This document shows, one piece after another, positions 19,306-31,900 of a stretch of DNA of 64,000 bases. The notes beneath the pieces are model-generated. The model was not told where the DNA came from. It saw only the letters and a program-made list of their open reading frames with translations, and did not search any database. Each line of letters starts with the position of its first letter. Within the stretch, counting starts at the first letter, position 1. Source of the DNA: Paraspadella gotoi (taxonomy: Eukaryota; Animalia; Chaetognatha); NCBI GenBank assembly GCA_051294375.1, contig CM119266.1, positions 26,168,851-26,232,850 on the forward strand, in the 5' to 3' direction. Made by a program: the position numbers and the translations under genes.

Positions 19306-22300
19306 GGTTCCTGTTGCGGTGGTGGGTCGAAGAAGGTGTCCGATTTCATCGAAAAACTTTTTAGTTCATTCATGTAAAGCAAGGAGAAATACTGAATAGG
19401 AGACCCATTTGTGTCAATCAATTACTAATTTACAAATTGAGTCCCGAATTTTAAATTAAATAGAGACGTTTAATGCGGTGGATATTTTTTAGAAGACGCA
19501 AAAATAGGATTTTTAAATTTTTTTTATAGAAAAATCATCCTTTACGCTGTAAATATTTTTTTCAATAACCTAAATCAAACATCTCGAACGCCGGGGCTCA
19601 AGTATGCAAATGAATATGAGCTGAAATTGAGGCTTTTAAAATTCTTTTGTGGCGAGGAGGTGAAAAAAAGAGAAAGATGGAAAGGCAACTGAGCCTGAAT
19701 TACAATGACTCGAGAGAAAGTTCGGTTTCTATTCAGTTCGAAATCCGTAAACATTAAACATAATTAACAGCATTGACAGCGATTCTAATAATGTTGAGTC
19801 AGTCGGTGGATAAAGTATCACGAATAAAATTATCACTAGTACAGGAATCCAATACATCTATCTAAACTGTATGACTATGAGCTATCAAAACCTTGTAATT
19901 GATCATTGAAGCAAACTCATCTAATAATTTCCGGTCGTTCGAAAATGTTCTATCTAAAGAAGCTAAAGTTGCCACACCTTCTGGCCTCTCGCCGGGCTTA
20001 CCTCTTCGGCGTAGCGATTGAAGGCTTTGTTGATGGGCACGACGGCGACCTGCCGGGGCGAAAGCCAAAAAGGCCACTTCCCGGCTGTGTGTTCGGCGAG
20101 GACAGCGACCATCCTCTCTAGGGAGCCAAGAATGGCGCGATGAATGAGAACGGGACGCGTTTTGGAAACCCCGTCTCGACTGTAATCACGGAAGGAAAAA
20201 TTAATAAGAAATTACTCTCCTTTTCTCTTTAATATAATCGGCATAATTATGGTCGTATTTTTCGATGTTGTCGTCGTTTTTACTGTCACCATAGGTGGGT
20301 TAAACGTCCCCTCCCTTCTACAAATGAGGCGAGAACTTAAGTTTACTTAATGGGAATATAGAATGCACGCTCTAACGCGACCGAGGTTGAGTTGATGTGG
20401 AGAGAGAAACTGAATCTGTTGTCATATTGGTGGAAAAAAATAAAAATAAATTTAAAAGGTTATTGATGAAAGGATGATATTAATATCTTATTTTCATTTT
20501 CTACAGATGACTAACGTAAAGAAAGTTGTGGAATTTATCTTTCGTACTTAAAGTTTAATTACGAAAGATAAAATCCACAACTTTCTCAAACGGATTCATC
20601 GTTTTGCAATTAACGTAAAAAAATCTACAAATCCTCAAAAATCTTCGGACTCAAATTTTCAAAGCCCACCCGCCGTTCTTTAACTTTTCGCATTTTCATC
20701 TCGGCCCTCCGGCGAAGAAGAAAAAGGGGGAGAAAACCGAATAAAAAATAGAGAAAGAGAGAGGATAAAGAAAGAGGAGGAAACAAAAGGGGGGAAAAAC
20801 AGCAGAACCGTCCGCGTTGCGGAATGTATTCGGACGATCAACAAAAGAAAAAAAACTGTTTATGGTGAGCCTTTTTTTTAAAGACCGAAATCCCGAGTTG
20901 AATGAGGCGACGACGATTGACGAGGCACGGCGACTGTACCCTCGTCTCCACCGCCACAGTCGCTGCAGAGGCTGCTGCAGTCAAAAAAGAGGAGGTCGGT
21001 GTATAACGAGGAGAGGTGTAAAGAGGCAACTACTGAATTGTAGATCTCGTGGAATATCGATGAAGCGTGATGAAAAAGTTTAAGAAATGGATCCATTTTT
21101 ACTTGTAAAAATGTTATAATAACTTTCAAAAGATGAATGCATGATCAAAAAGTATACAACATTATCAAGATTTAGTTTTTCTGTATAATATGTACTTACT
21201 ACTATTAGTATTGTTAAAGCTTTTCATGGTTGTGGCGAAAGATAATTTGGTATCCAGAATCGAAATAGTCGTCCAACGCGACTTGAATAGAAGACACCCT
21301 CAACGAGATTTTCTATCTTTATTTCTGTTTTCTTTCAACCTCTTTCTTGAAAGATGAGGACGGAGAACGATCGTGAACGAACAGAACTCTTCGGAATCCT
21401 TTCGCAACCCCCCCCAAATCTTGATTCATCATCTAGCCCCCACTTAAGCAACAGAACGGCAAAGAAAACTCGTTACTAAGCTGGTCGTGGTGAGAAAGAT
21501 CTCGCAAGAGCAACGAGTCATAGGCGCCGACGGTAAAATAACCATCAACATCCTTATCCGATTATGGATGGGAGAAAGAGAAGAAAGCAAATAATGGAGA
21601 GATGGAGTGAGGGAGAGAGATAAAAACAACAAAAACGAGGATTGAGGGGAAAACCCGACTGCGAATGAAATAGAGAAGTAACCAACACGAAATTCTAAAG
21701 AAATTCCGACCGGTTAAAAAACCTCGGCTTTTTTAAATATGGTCAAATTTTACTTTCGCCGACTAATACCTAAGGTGGGCCAAAATTGATCACTTTTTAT
21801 CATTAGGAGTTTTGTAATATAAAATTCATTTATCCATCATATATTTAATCAATATTTACTATTACTTTTTTTAACTAGTGGAGCATAATGCATAAGCAAT
21901 AAAACAATTTTTTTAAATTTTATTTTTTATTCAGATAACCCATAAAAAGTTATCTACACTAAGTATAATTCGTTTTTCAATATTTCGATGTTAAGTGGGT
22001 TAAATAAGGGAAAAACTCTTAAAAATTATCATCTTATTATAATTTTTATAGGTTTTAATAATTTTAACCGATAAAACAAAAATTTGGAAATCTTGTAGTA
22101 ATATTTTTTATCTAATTTTTTATGCTTTACCAGAATCCATTTAAAAAAAATTCAGAATTTAAATTTTTTTATGATTAATAGTAATACGATAAACTTTAAA
22201 TATTATTAACTATACATAAAATATTATTTTTTTTCAAAATTTCGTTATCCCACAGGATGCTCTAATGTTATTTATATTACAGAACTTTTAGTTTTTACCT

Positions 22301-25300
22301 TGTTCCGCCTTACTAACTACCCCAAACTTTAAATTACTGTTTAACAACCCTAAAACTATTTCTAACCCAAAAACCCCCTAACCCAAGTCGGCGAAAATCA
22401 AATTATGCCTTAAATATTTTCACGCTATCAAAAAATTTCATACGCGAAATCAATTATCAAAAAGCTATTTATATATTTTAATATGAATAAAACCAAAAAA
22501 AATCCGTCTTAGAAGATGCTCTACTGTTGATTCAAGTTCAGTAAACGCAGTAGGGCCATCTTACGATTTTTTCCCAGTAAAAGTGTAAAGCAAAAGCCAA
22601 ACTTTTGTATTGATATTTGAAGAACAGAATAAGCAATTAAAAATTATGGGCATTTCCAGAGATTAATACTCTCTATCGGCCTTAAGTGATCATGTGACAA
22701 ATATGATACTTATGCACATGAAAAGTCTTATGGTACGTTACCTTCCTACGAAATATGAATTCAATTTATGTTGTATTAACCGAATTATAAGCTTTTGAAA
22801 CAAATGGAAAAGACCATCAGGCAGACCGACCCACCGAAAAGTGACCCGTTTTTAGTACCTTGAATACAACAAGTTGAATCTTTCAGGAAGATTGAAGTCC
22901 AATTGTATAGTCGCGCATTGCAGATTTCGTCCAAAGGCGTCTTTCAAGGAAATGTCTATCTTCGGGCCGTAAAAGGCGCCATCTCCCAAATTAAGGCGCC
23001 AGGGGTGACCAAATTCCTTTAAGCTGGTCTTCAACTGGGATGTAAGTGTAAAGCATTAAAAATTATCAAACTGAAAAATAAAAAAAAATAAAATTTCATT
23101 TTAAAAATTAATATTTGAAAGCAAATAAACAAAACAAAAAAACAACCCTAAAAACCGAAAAAAAATTAAGACCTGAGTCTCGGCGTCGTCCCAGGATTCA
23201 ATTGTGCCGAGGAAGTCGTCTGGTCGCGTGGAAAGTTCGATGTAGAAATCAAAGCCAAACATGGAGTAAAAATCAGCCGTGAAGTCTAAGCAAGAACTGA
23301 TTTCATCCTGAAAATAACCATTAATTTACATTAGTGGTTTCAAGAATGATAGATTTAGTAATTGATTGAGTTTGATTTAATAACATTTAACTTAATTTGA
23401 TTAATCATTAAGGCGGGAAAAAAACTGATTACTTTTTATCATTAGGAGTTCTGTAATATAAAATTCATTTGTCCATAATATACTTAATCAATATTTTAGA
23501 AGAGCACAGTATATCATTGAAGCATTCAAATATTTATCAATGAATAGGCAATGAAAAAAAAATTGTAATATTATTTTTTAAGAACGGATTCAGAAGTTGT
23601 CTAGACAAAGTATAATGCGTTTTTCAATATTTCGATGATAAGTGGGTCAAACAAAGGAAAAACTCTTTAAAATCATCTTTATCATCATCGTCGTACCATA
23701 ATTTTTATTGTTTTTGCTAATTTTAATCAATAAAACATAAAAATTTGGAAATCTTGTAATAATGTTTTTTTATTTATTTTTTCAAGCTCTACCCGAATCC
23801 ATTTTTAAAAATTCCGAATTTGAAACAAAACAAATTTATGATTTAAAGTAATACGATGTAATGTAATGCTTCTATGTTATTAACTATACACAGGGATGCT
23901 CTAACGTTATTTATATTACAGAACTTTTAGTTTTTACCTTGTTCCGCCTTATTAATCATGAATACTTGAATGCTGAATAGTATATACGCAATACCCAATG
24001 TTTTGAAAACGTTCAACCTTGACTTGTTCCGGGGCACAAAAGATGTGCGCATCGTCCTGCTGGAAGCGTCGGAGGCGTGTCAATCCAGAGAGCGCGGCCA
24101 TGTTTTCGTTTCTAAAACAGAAATCGCTTTACAGATACATAAATCACAAAACAACAAAATAGAAAAAACATAGCACAACTAAGTCAGAAAGGACTAATGA
24201 ATTGGACTATATCTCTTTACTCTCTTGGTCCTGAACCTGTGCAAAACGCCGAATTCGGCCAAGCGAAGAGGCAGTTCCCGCCAAGAACGAGGACGGGAGT
24301 CGAAAAGGAGACAGTGCCCCGGACAGTTCATTGGTTTTAAGGAGAATTCCTCGTCGTGCACAGACAACTTGAACATGTTTTCTAGATAAGCCTTAATATT
24401 GTGGTAAAGTTAAAATTACATATTAAAATTAAAATCTTAAAAATCTTAAAACTACGATTTATGTCAAAAAGAAAGGGGAATTAACTTTTGTGAATATACT
24501 TTCTTATTGATCGATTTGATATAAAATAAAGCTAAATACTTATAGGTGTTGACTTAATTGTGGTTTCCAGTCTATAGTCTCTCCTGATAAATCATTACAG
24601 AGTAGCGACTCTGGGCTAGTGAAACTGTTGACGCATTGCTGCCCGCGACCCGTCGCATACGATCAAAGGTGAGACAACCTAAGCTCCCTCCCTCCCTCCA
24701 TCCATTGAAACGTTAGGGGGCCTTCAAGGGTAGCCCCTTAAAAGTGGTGCACTTATCTTTTAGTATAATACTATGAACTTTTTAACATTTTCATCAACTT
24801 TATAGTAATATTTACTACAATGAGATTGCCACGTCACGGTTACGTAATCCATTATCTTACCTCCTCATGTCCCGAGACTTGCCACAACTTCATGTTGTAA
24901 ATGTTTGGAGTGATGACTTCTTGAAATCCGCGTTTTCGATACTGAGATCTAATAGCATCGACGAGCCGATTGTAGATGATGGTTCCATGAGGAAGAAAAA
25001 AAGGGCTTCCAGGAGACAATGAGTGAAAGAAAAACAGTTCTTGTTCCTATAAAAAAAGGTAAATACAAGGAGATCCACGGGTATCGACCTCAAAGAATTG
25101 GTTGCAGCACCCATACGTGCTATCCGTACCAAGCTATTATTAAAATCCTGTAATTTTTTTTTGTGGGTACTTGTCCTATAAAAATTTTTGTGACGTTGTC
25201 AATTTAAATATTGTGCTGCAAAAACTACTTATTTTCCAAAGAAAAAAAATAAGGATTTTAATAAAATTCTTTAAACACGAACTCAACTTGACTTAAATCA

Positions 25301-27456
25301 TCCATGTCTAGTTACATGGCTCATATTCATATCAACAATGGCTGAGATGTCACAAAACAAGGTCTTTACTCTTCGCTATTCAAAACAGACCCTGTATATT
25401 TAAAATGGCAAAAGTCAAGGACAAAGCTCAATAGCCAAACTTCAAAATTATAAAATCTAAAACCCTCAATCTGCAGTTTGCCTTCCTACAAGGGGGTGAA
25501 CACTTTAAATTTGCCATTGGGTAAGAGTACTCATAAAAATTAACGTTACTTCGGATTGTATAGCAACATTGATAAAAACTTTATACAAATTAGTTAATGA
25601 GCTATTAAATTTCTGTTGTGGTCGGTACCCGTGGATCTCCTTGTACGTACTAACTTACGTGAACTTACGAATAATTAATTAATAATACTAATAATTTATA
25701 AAGATTTTGCCCAAAAACTTACCGTCCCGACTTTGCGATGATCCCGAGCAGCAGCCACTTCTCGAACCCTCTGCCACTCTTCGAAGCTCTTCAAATCGGG
25801 AAAAGCCACTCCGTGGACGCGTTGCAACGCCTCGTCATTAACGTTTCCGCCGAAAAAGGCGCAAGAGACGTTGGTAACTTTAAAGGTTTTCAATAAGCCC
25901 GTGTGTCTGAAGTGAATAAGAACGAGATCCTCAACCAATTAAAGTGATACATTGCGAAACATGGGGACTCGTTCTTCCACCTGACGTGGGGACCGCGACA
26001 GAGATCGATGAGAGTTCCGCATCGATAGACTGTGCCCGTCTCTTCAGTTACTTTCGTCTCCACAAATCTCCGTTTGAGGTCGTTGTGCTCGAACAGGCGC
26101 AGTATTTCGTCCTTGGGAAGCACAAGACGCTCGAACGGTTCGTTGGAAGCCGCAACTTCGGCGACAACCGACTCGATGACGGGATAATCCGCCGGTGTCA
26201 AGCGGAGGCTGCGTTTACGAAATACGGCAATTGAAAATGATTTTTGACCATTAGAGCTTTCAGTTACTTAGATGCAGCTTTGTGTGTATTTTGTATCTAA
26301 TCCATCACAATTTTATCTTCGCTCCTTCAGCTTTAGTACAAGTACAAGAAAAATATCGCGAACGCTCTAAGTCGCTCAAAGCTCGTCGTATATTTTTTTA
26401 TTCTTCAGTTCCCCCTTTTTGGCTTTTCCCGGACAATCGGAAGATCGACTACGAAAAACTCACTTGTGCTCCAACCGGGCGTCATAGTAAAATCCCGACG
26501 CGTGGGCGGGACCTGCTGCAAGCTTAGCCCCATAGAGTCTCTCTAGAACAAGGCCCAGTAAGTGAGAGGAGGAATGCCAGAAGACACTTCGGCCATCGGC
26601 GTCTTCAAAATCCAGAAACTCCACCGAGCAAGAAGTCTCCAAGGGCCGATCAAGATCCCAAAGGAGACGCCCGTCGAGTCTCGCCACCACGGCCGTCGAT
26701 GCAGCGGAAGAGTTGACGAGCTTCGCCACCTTTTTTAGTCACGTGGTAAAAATACGTTCGTGGTGCGGGAATAGGAAAAGTAGGTACTAAGTAAGCTGAC
26801 TTTACGCAGCCGACAAACTTGCGCTAGAAATCCGATCAGAAAAATATACGGCCTCAACTTATTTATTTTATCCTGATTAAACGTATTTCCTAACAGTTTG
26901 GCTAAATATTGTTAAGCCAACGAACTCTAATTAAAGGCAAGATGTGTTCTGCCGCCTGTGAACTTAACTCTTAACAGTTACACTGAAAAGCTGATTAATG
27001 AGCTAACAATTCAGCTGACTATTGAAAATATACATATACCTCGTAAGGCGTGGTCCTCCAAGACTCGCCCGAAACAGTATCACCGAATGGAAGCCTGATT
27101 TCTATCTTTTCGCTCTTTTTCGAATCGAATCGTTCCTTCTGTTGTGTAGATAATTCGCGCCATCGATCGAGACGGTACTTCACAAAATCGGGAGGGTGCC
27201 TTAAGATTGCAGCGGCAGCGGCGACGGCGCCGGCATCGTGGGGTTTCTTTTCAATCGTCCTCTTTTTGTGAACTGAGACGTCTTTGTCGTCGTCAACCAA
27301 GTCTGAGGCGGTTTGCCTGGCGCTTTTTTTCAAATGTTTTACGTGACGGTTGTAAAGGCGTTTTGTTAATCTTTGCGGAATAAGAGTTACGATATAGCTG
27401 GCGTAGCGACTGTCTACGGCGAGGAGAGCTAAGAGGCGCCCAACGGTGCCGGCCAT
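10517..27456 (-). CDS. TARS: Threonyl-tRNA synthetase (N-terminal transit-peptide-like extension; TGS, editing, catalytic and anticodon-binding domains)
   Basis: Motifs [64 protein letters not shown] and QCATIQLDF. Distal exons missed by the ORF track: 20179-20002 ([32 protein letters not shown]), 12504-12331 ([35 protein letters not shown]) and 10606-10517 ([18 protein letters not shown]). Confidence 0.95.
14652..14700. repeat. (GA)n microsatellite upstream of the nested + strand gene; other (GA/CT)n tracts at ~18620-18650, ~19273-19302, ~36300-36416, ~37972-38012 and ~48343-48379
   Basis: Directly visible dinucleotide runs. Confidence 0.95.
15280..16119 (+). CDS. Intronless putative nuclear regulator, IER/SERTA-like N-terminal helix pair; nested antisense in TARS intron 12505-20001
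   Basis: 279-aa ORF with GC-rich codon usage like the neighbouring genes. VIKMSSAK....[16 protein letters not shown] resembles the IER/SERTA pattern (S..K...P.L.r.LL...L). Also a bipartite NLS-like [18 protein letters not shown], an acidic DEIIDVES motif and a Pro-rich tail. Confidence 0.6.
   Translation: MEERKMGGDASAGVGDKLSLSTVIKMSSAKSKALISKKELPRAQHMRFRTRKSWRISQPRLEKRLLVKATLDKALHTLSQHQTSLLNGIVDAAPTFDEVLVGDWKLVSDGGRTHFEEEKVEPATTDEPSAHPATTARPLKRHRDEENYTNVKKIKLDLDHNNNDHQSEEAATLDENEDEIIDVESDGSANHRVVLPSGIPPLPPLPPLSPPVSPPYYFPAPVSPPLPLPFIGANPTPNPFDYYFYCVRFFYHYNRITAGANSPTGLPSTGTDFGETFGA
17834..18143 (+). mobile_element. hAT-type MITE family A, internally deleted copy
   Basis: Starts taaggcagg and ends gcctta; 8-bp TSD atgaacat at 17826-17833 and 18144-18151; body near-identical to 23409-23951. 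Confidence 0.85.
20520..20586. repeat. Near-perfect inverted repeat / hairpin (~67 nt)
   Basis: agaaagttgtggaatttatctttcgta pairs with tacgaaagataaaatccacaactttct, with 1 mismatch. Confidence 0.85.
21737..22410. mobile_element. Older foldback element (ttcgccgact / agtcggcgaa arms, cctaac-rich core) interrupted by the family A MITE
   Basis: atggtcaaattttactttcgccgact on the left and agtcggcgaaaatcaaattatgcc on the right; a related arm (gtcggcgaatgtaaaattaagccat plus cctaac repeats) occurs at ~12094-12150. Confidence 0.45.
21771..22312 (+). mobile_element. hAT-type MITE family A, full-length copy
   Basis: Runs taaggtggg...gttccgcctta; imperfect TSD ctaatacc/ctaactac; aligns end-to-end with 23409-23951. 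Confidence 0.85.
23409..23951 (+). mobile_element. hAT-type MITE family A, full-length copy
   Basis: TIRs taaggcgg..agttctgtaatataaa / tttatattacagaact..ccgcctta; perfect 8-bp TSD ttaatcat at 23401-23408 and 23952-23959. Confidence 0.9.
24600..24760 (+). mobile_element. Possible degenerate SINE remnant in a TARS intron
   Basis: GC-rich island in an AT-rich intron; ttagggggcc..gggtagcccc loosely recalls invertebrate SINE central/3' domains (recalled from memory, weak). Confidence 0.3.
25066..25643. mobile_element. TA-flanked MITE (Tc1/mariner-type)
   Basis: TA|caaggagatccacgggtatcgacc ... ggtcggtacccgtggatctccttg|TA; 24-bp TIR with 1 mismatch. Confidence 0.85.
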
Positions 27457-28977
27457 CTTTATAACAAAAGACGAATTTTGGAAAGTTTTCTGGTTTTTAT
27501 TACGCTAACAGTCAGAGAGAGAAAAAGAAAAACTGTAATCTTGAGAAAAAAAAATTGGGGGCTCGCAGTGAACTATTCAAATGTGCAAATCAAAAAATTT
27601 ACATTATTTTAGATCTAAACCAACTATTATTACTGATGATCAACGTCCATTAAATAGGCGAAGTGTGAGCGAATCATGATAATTTTTTTTTAAAACTTCA
27701 TCGAAACCGCGAGAAAAATGAAAATTAGTAAGAATGAATCTAATTACTCGATTTAAAACGTGTGAATAAAAAAATTCAAGATACTTTCAAAAAAACTTCG
27801 TACGCGCTAAAAATGTAAAGATGACTGAATCTAGTGTATTTTTTACTTTGCACAAACGATAGCTAATTGCTAGAAATAAATTACGAAAGCATCTCGTGTC
27901 CTCGAATTTTTCATTAAGAATGGGCCCGGGGAATATTCCCCATCCCAAGTTTCCTTTTCTCCATTTTAACCATCACCAATACCTTATTCTCATCGTCGTA
28001 TATACAAAAGAAAAAAAAATGGGTTCCTAATCGTATAAATCATCGGGAAGCGTTAAAACCTTGATGGACGTCGGGTACACAAAAAACAAACCCTCGTCCG
28101 TTTCGTAAAAAAAGGGGAAGCGAATTTGATTCACTTCATAACATAAATACATCTATGTCTGTATCTGTTTTTTTTGTGAAACTGGAGGGAAAAAACAACC
28201 AGGAGAGAAAGAATGAAAAATTTTACATGTAAAAGAACCAAAAAAGAGAAAAAAATCAGACTAAATCGGTCGCACAGTTATCTGAAAGGATTTTTTTCTA
28301 AATTAAACTGGATACATCACGATATTTATTTCTGCAATATTAAAGAGGCACTTGAAAATGATAATATTAATTAAACGCCAAAGGGGTCGACGACTTGATT
28401 GTCACTAATAAACGCGAAACTATGCGACCAAGAAATTATCTGCGTTGGACGCCTCTCCTGGTTTTCTCAGCGCTATGCACTGCCCGTTGAAGAAAAAGGG
28501 GAATCGAGGTGGGAAAGTGGGTGGGTGAGAATAGGGAAAAGAAAAGGGCCTCAAACGAAAAGGCTTTTTCTTTCTAGGCTACTAAGTCAATTTATTTTTC
28601 AGACACAACTGCACCCTTTAAAATCATGATCGGCCAGAAGCCGGGACGCGTTAATTTTCGATCGGAGAAAAACCAAATGATTAAAAAAAACCTTGGCGTT
28701 TGAGGGTGCTAAAGAAAAGAAGTGAAAATTTGGGAAAGTCTAGTGGGGAAAGGGCGGGACAAGGAGCGGGACGGGTTCACGGACCGAGACAGTCAACGGA
28801 AAGAAAATATCACATCAGTTAAAAAGTTAGCACGTCTTCTTCCTTTACGCGAGTTCCGCAAGCGAGTAAGAGCAGTGTTGTTAGACGAACAAAAAAAAAA
28901 ACAGTTAGCGGATTCAAAAGGTTTCGGCCTAATGTATCTTTCGGGTCGAGTCATACGGCTCAACGGGATAACGGCGA

Positions 28978-31900
28978 TTAATCCTCGACCTCTTCGGCCT
29001 CTTGCAAAAACCGGAAAAATTGGACGACAGATTTCATGGCGACTCCTGGATGCAAAAGGAGAAAAAAAGATAAAATCGATACAAGTTGATTGGTGAAATA
29101 ATACAATAATACCTTTCCCCTCTTCCTCTTCGTCTGAAGCTTCGTGCCAAGCACGGAAGGCCGCTTCGGAAATTATGTCTTCGTCATAACAAGTGTCGAA
29201 GATTTTCTGGGATTTTGAAATATGGTTATTAAGTAGACGCTTTATTGCTCATATAGGAACGAGATTATAACAAATAAGCCAACCTGCAAGAGATTAGGAG
29301 GGTGTTGCAGACTGTGTACGAAGGCTTGAAGAGCAAAAACTGCCTGCTTCTCGGCTGCGAGAAGGTCTCCAAAAAAGTGACGCAACAGCTGACTGTGAAC
29401 GCGAAGTTTTTCCGGGTCGTACGACGCCGTTGTGCTTTCCCCAGAAACAGAGCTGAAATCATCATGTAAAATAAAAATTAACATTCACAGGACAAGATAA
29501 GATATTTACTACCACTCTTGAATTACCTCGAAACGGCGGCGGTCATGAGCATTCGATAAAAGAAGGGTTGCGTCCTGGTTTGTTGATCGACTTTCGCCTC
29601 GATCCAATTCTTCGTCTGTTCAAATTCCTCGCCTCGTTTCAACCGCGCTTGCAATTCTTGCGACAAAAGGCCAAAAGAGGGCGTTTGTTTGGAAGACGGA
29701 ATGTTGTTGACGGCTTTGGAGGTGGACGACAGAAATTCCAGCTTGTTGTTTTTGAGGAAATCGGCTGAGTTTTCTGGGGCCACCAGCTCGGCGATAGAGA
29801 GACCGGAACCCCGCCAACAGTCAGAAACAGTTTGTTGGCCCAATGTATTTACGGCGTGTTTTAGAATGGCGGCGATGAACTTTCCCGCGCAACGAATGGG
29901 CTTAAGGCTTGCGCATAAGGTTCCAAAGTGTTTCAATGGAAAATGTCCACCGAGGTTGATGAGACCGCAGAAAATTTCTCCAAGATAATCCCACAACCAG
30001 GGGATGTCGACCATGAGATCCTCGGCGTTGTCAATAACTCCGGAGGCACCTTTAACAAAATCTTCCGGCGAAAGTTGACCCGCCTTTACGAGACTGTAAA
30101 AGAGAAGTCCCGTTTCGAGGCGAAGTTTTGAGTTTCGCTCCAGCACGTGCATAAGAATAATGTTGACGATTTCATGCATTCTCCGCCCGCAGTCGAGCTC
30201 CTCAACGCAGGAGAGCGCCTCTTTGGTGTCGTGATTCAAGGCAAACTCGTCCACGATGTTGTTTAATCTTTTTTCCAATTCTTCGTTCGAAAGCTGCTTC
30301 TTCGACTGCGAAAGCTGCGGAGGTTTAAGTGCCTGAGACGCCTTGTTGGCGGGGGGAAGTGGCGCCCGGGGCATTGGCGGCGGAGTGGGAGAATTACTGT
30401 TAAAAGGCGACGAGCCCCTCGACTTGTCGCCGGATTGGAGACTGTTAACAGTGTCTCTCGATCTACTCCCTTCCCTAGAGCCTGGACGGCTACTTGGCCG
30501 ACTATTAGGGCGACCAAATCCTGGCATGAAGTCATGTGTTCTCGGTATTTCATCACGATCACGAATTTCTCGAGCACCGCTAGGGGGTCGTTTACCAATG
30601 GGTGGAGGGGGGACTCCAGAGGGTCCACGGAGACCAGGCTGAGTAGGCCAAGCTTGTTCACGACTGGGTGTGAGACGTCCGGAGGACGACGGCCCTCGAG
30701 AATCCATGTGGCCTCGCGGACCTAGGGTAACACCGGATTCTGGCCCAGATAAAAGGCCGAATCGATTCCCAGGTCCTTGGGGTCGATCAGATTCTGTGTT
30801 TTTGGCGGAAGCGCCCCCGAGACTTCCACGGTTCCAACCTCCAGGCCTTCCACCGGGTCCTAACTGAAGATTGTTCTCGTCGATTGCCCCAGGTTTCGTT
30901 AACTTCATTCGACTGGGGTCAATCTTTTGTTTACTGGCAGTAGGAACAGTCATCCATCCATCTTCGTTAGGTCGAGATGAAGAAGCAGGAGTACCGCTTC
31001 TGCCTTCCCGTGCTTGCTGCGCCTTTCGTTCACGTTCTTTGATTTTGCTTTCCGCCAATTTGGCGTACATCTCTTGCTCTTCTTTCTGGGCCTGTTCGTG
31101 AATTTCATCTATAGTCTTAGGGTTATTGTCATCTCTGCGCGGAACCCAACGATTTTTGCGCAATTCAACAACATCCATAAGCATGAAACGAACGCGCGAT
31201 GATGCCTTTTTGGCCTTTATGATTTTGTCCATCTCCTTGAAATAAGTGTCCAGTCGAGCCCTACTGCCCTTGATATCCACATCTAAATCTTTTCCAATGG
31301 TCGACATTAAGCGGCAAAGGCACTCGAGGGACTCTTCGTCGTTACGATCCTTGTTCTTGTCCTCCTTTTTGGTAAGTAACTTCATTATGCAGTCATGCAT
31401 GATGTTTTCCGTAAGCATTTTCAATTTAAAAAGCTCGCCAATGAAGCGAATGTTTCCGAGATATCGACGCTTAGCCTTTTTGGCTTTCACCTGGTAGTTT
31501 TCCTCGGCTTCAGCTCTTTCTTTCTCATCTTCAATAGCCGCGATATCTTTCAGTTGAGCTTCAAAGTCAATTTCGAGCAAAGCACCAGCTTCAAATTCCT
31601 TTTGACACCTGTTGATAAGGAGTTTTCTGAAATATACATTAACGTCATTTTTTGTTTGCCGTCCACCTTCCTGTGACGATCCATCAACATCAGGCACCTT
31701 AACAAGAATAAGGTGCTTGCACATGTTTGCGTAAGCCACAGAAAAACCAGGTTCGTCAATGGCCTTTTCAAAAATAATGTCAATGACGCCTTTTAATGTT
31801 TCTTCAGATTTAATATCTAGATCTAACAACTGTTTGACTAATGGAGCAAACTTTTGGGGAGTCAACTTGTTGAGAATTCCTCTCACAATTTTATAAATAT

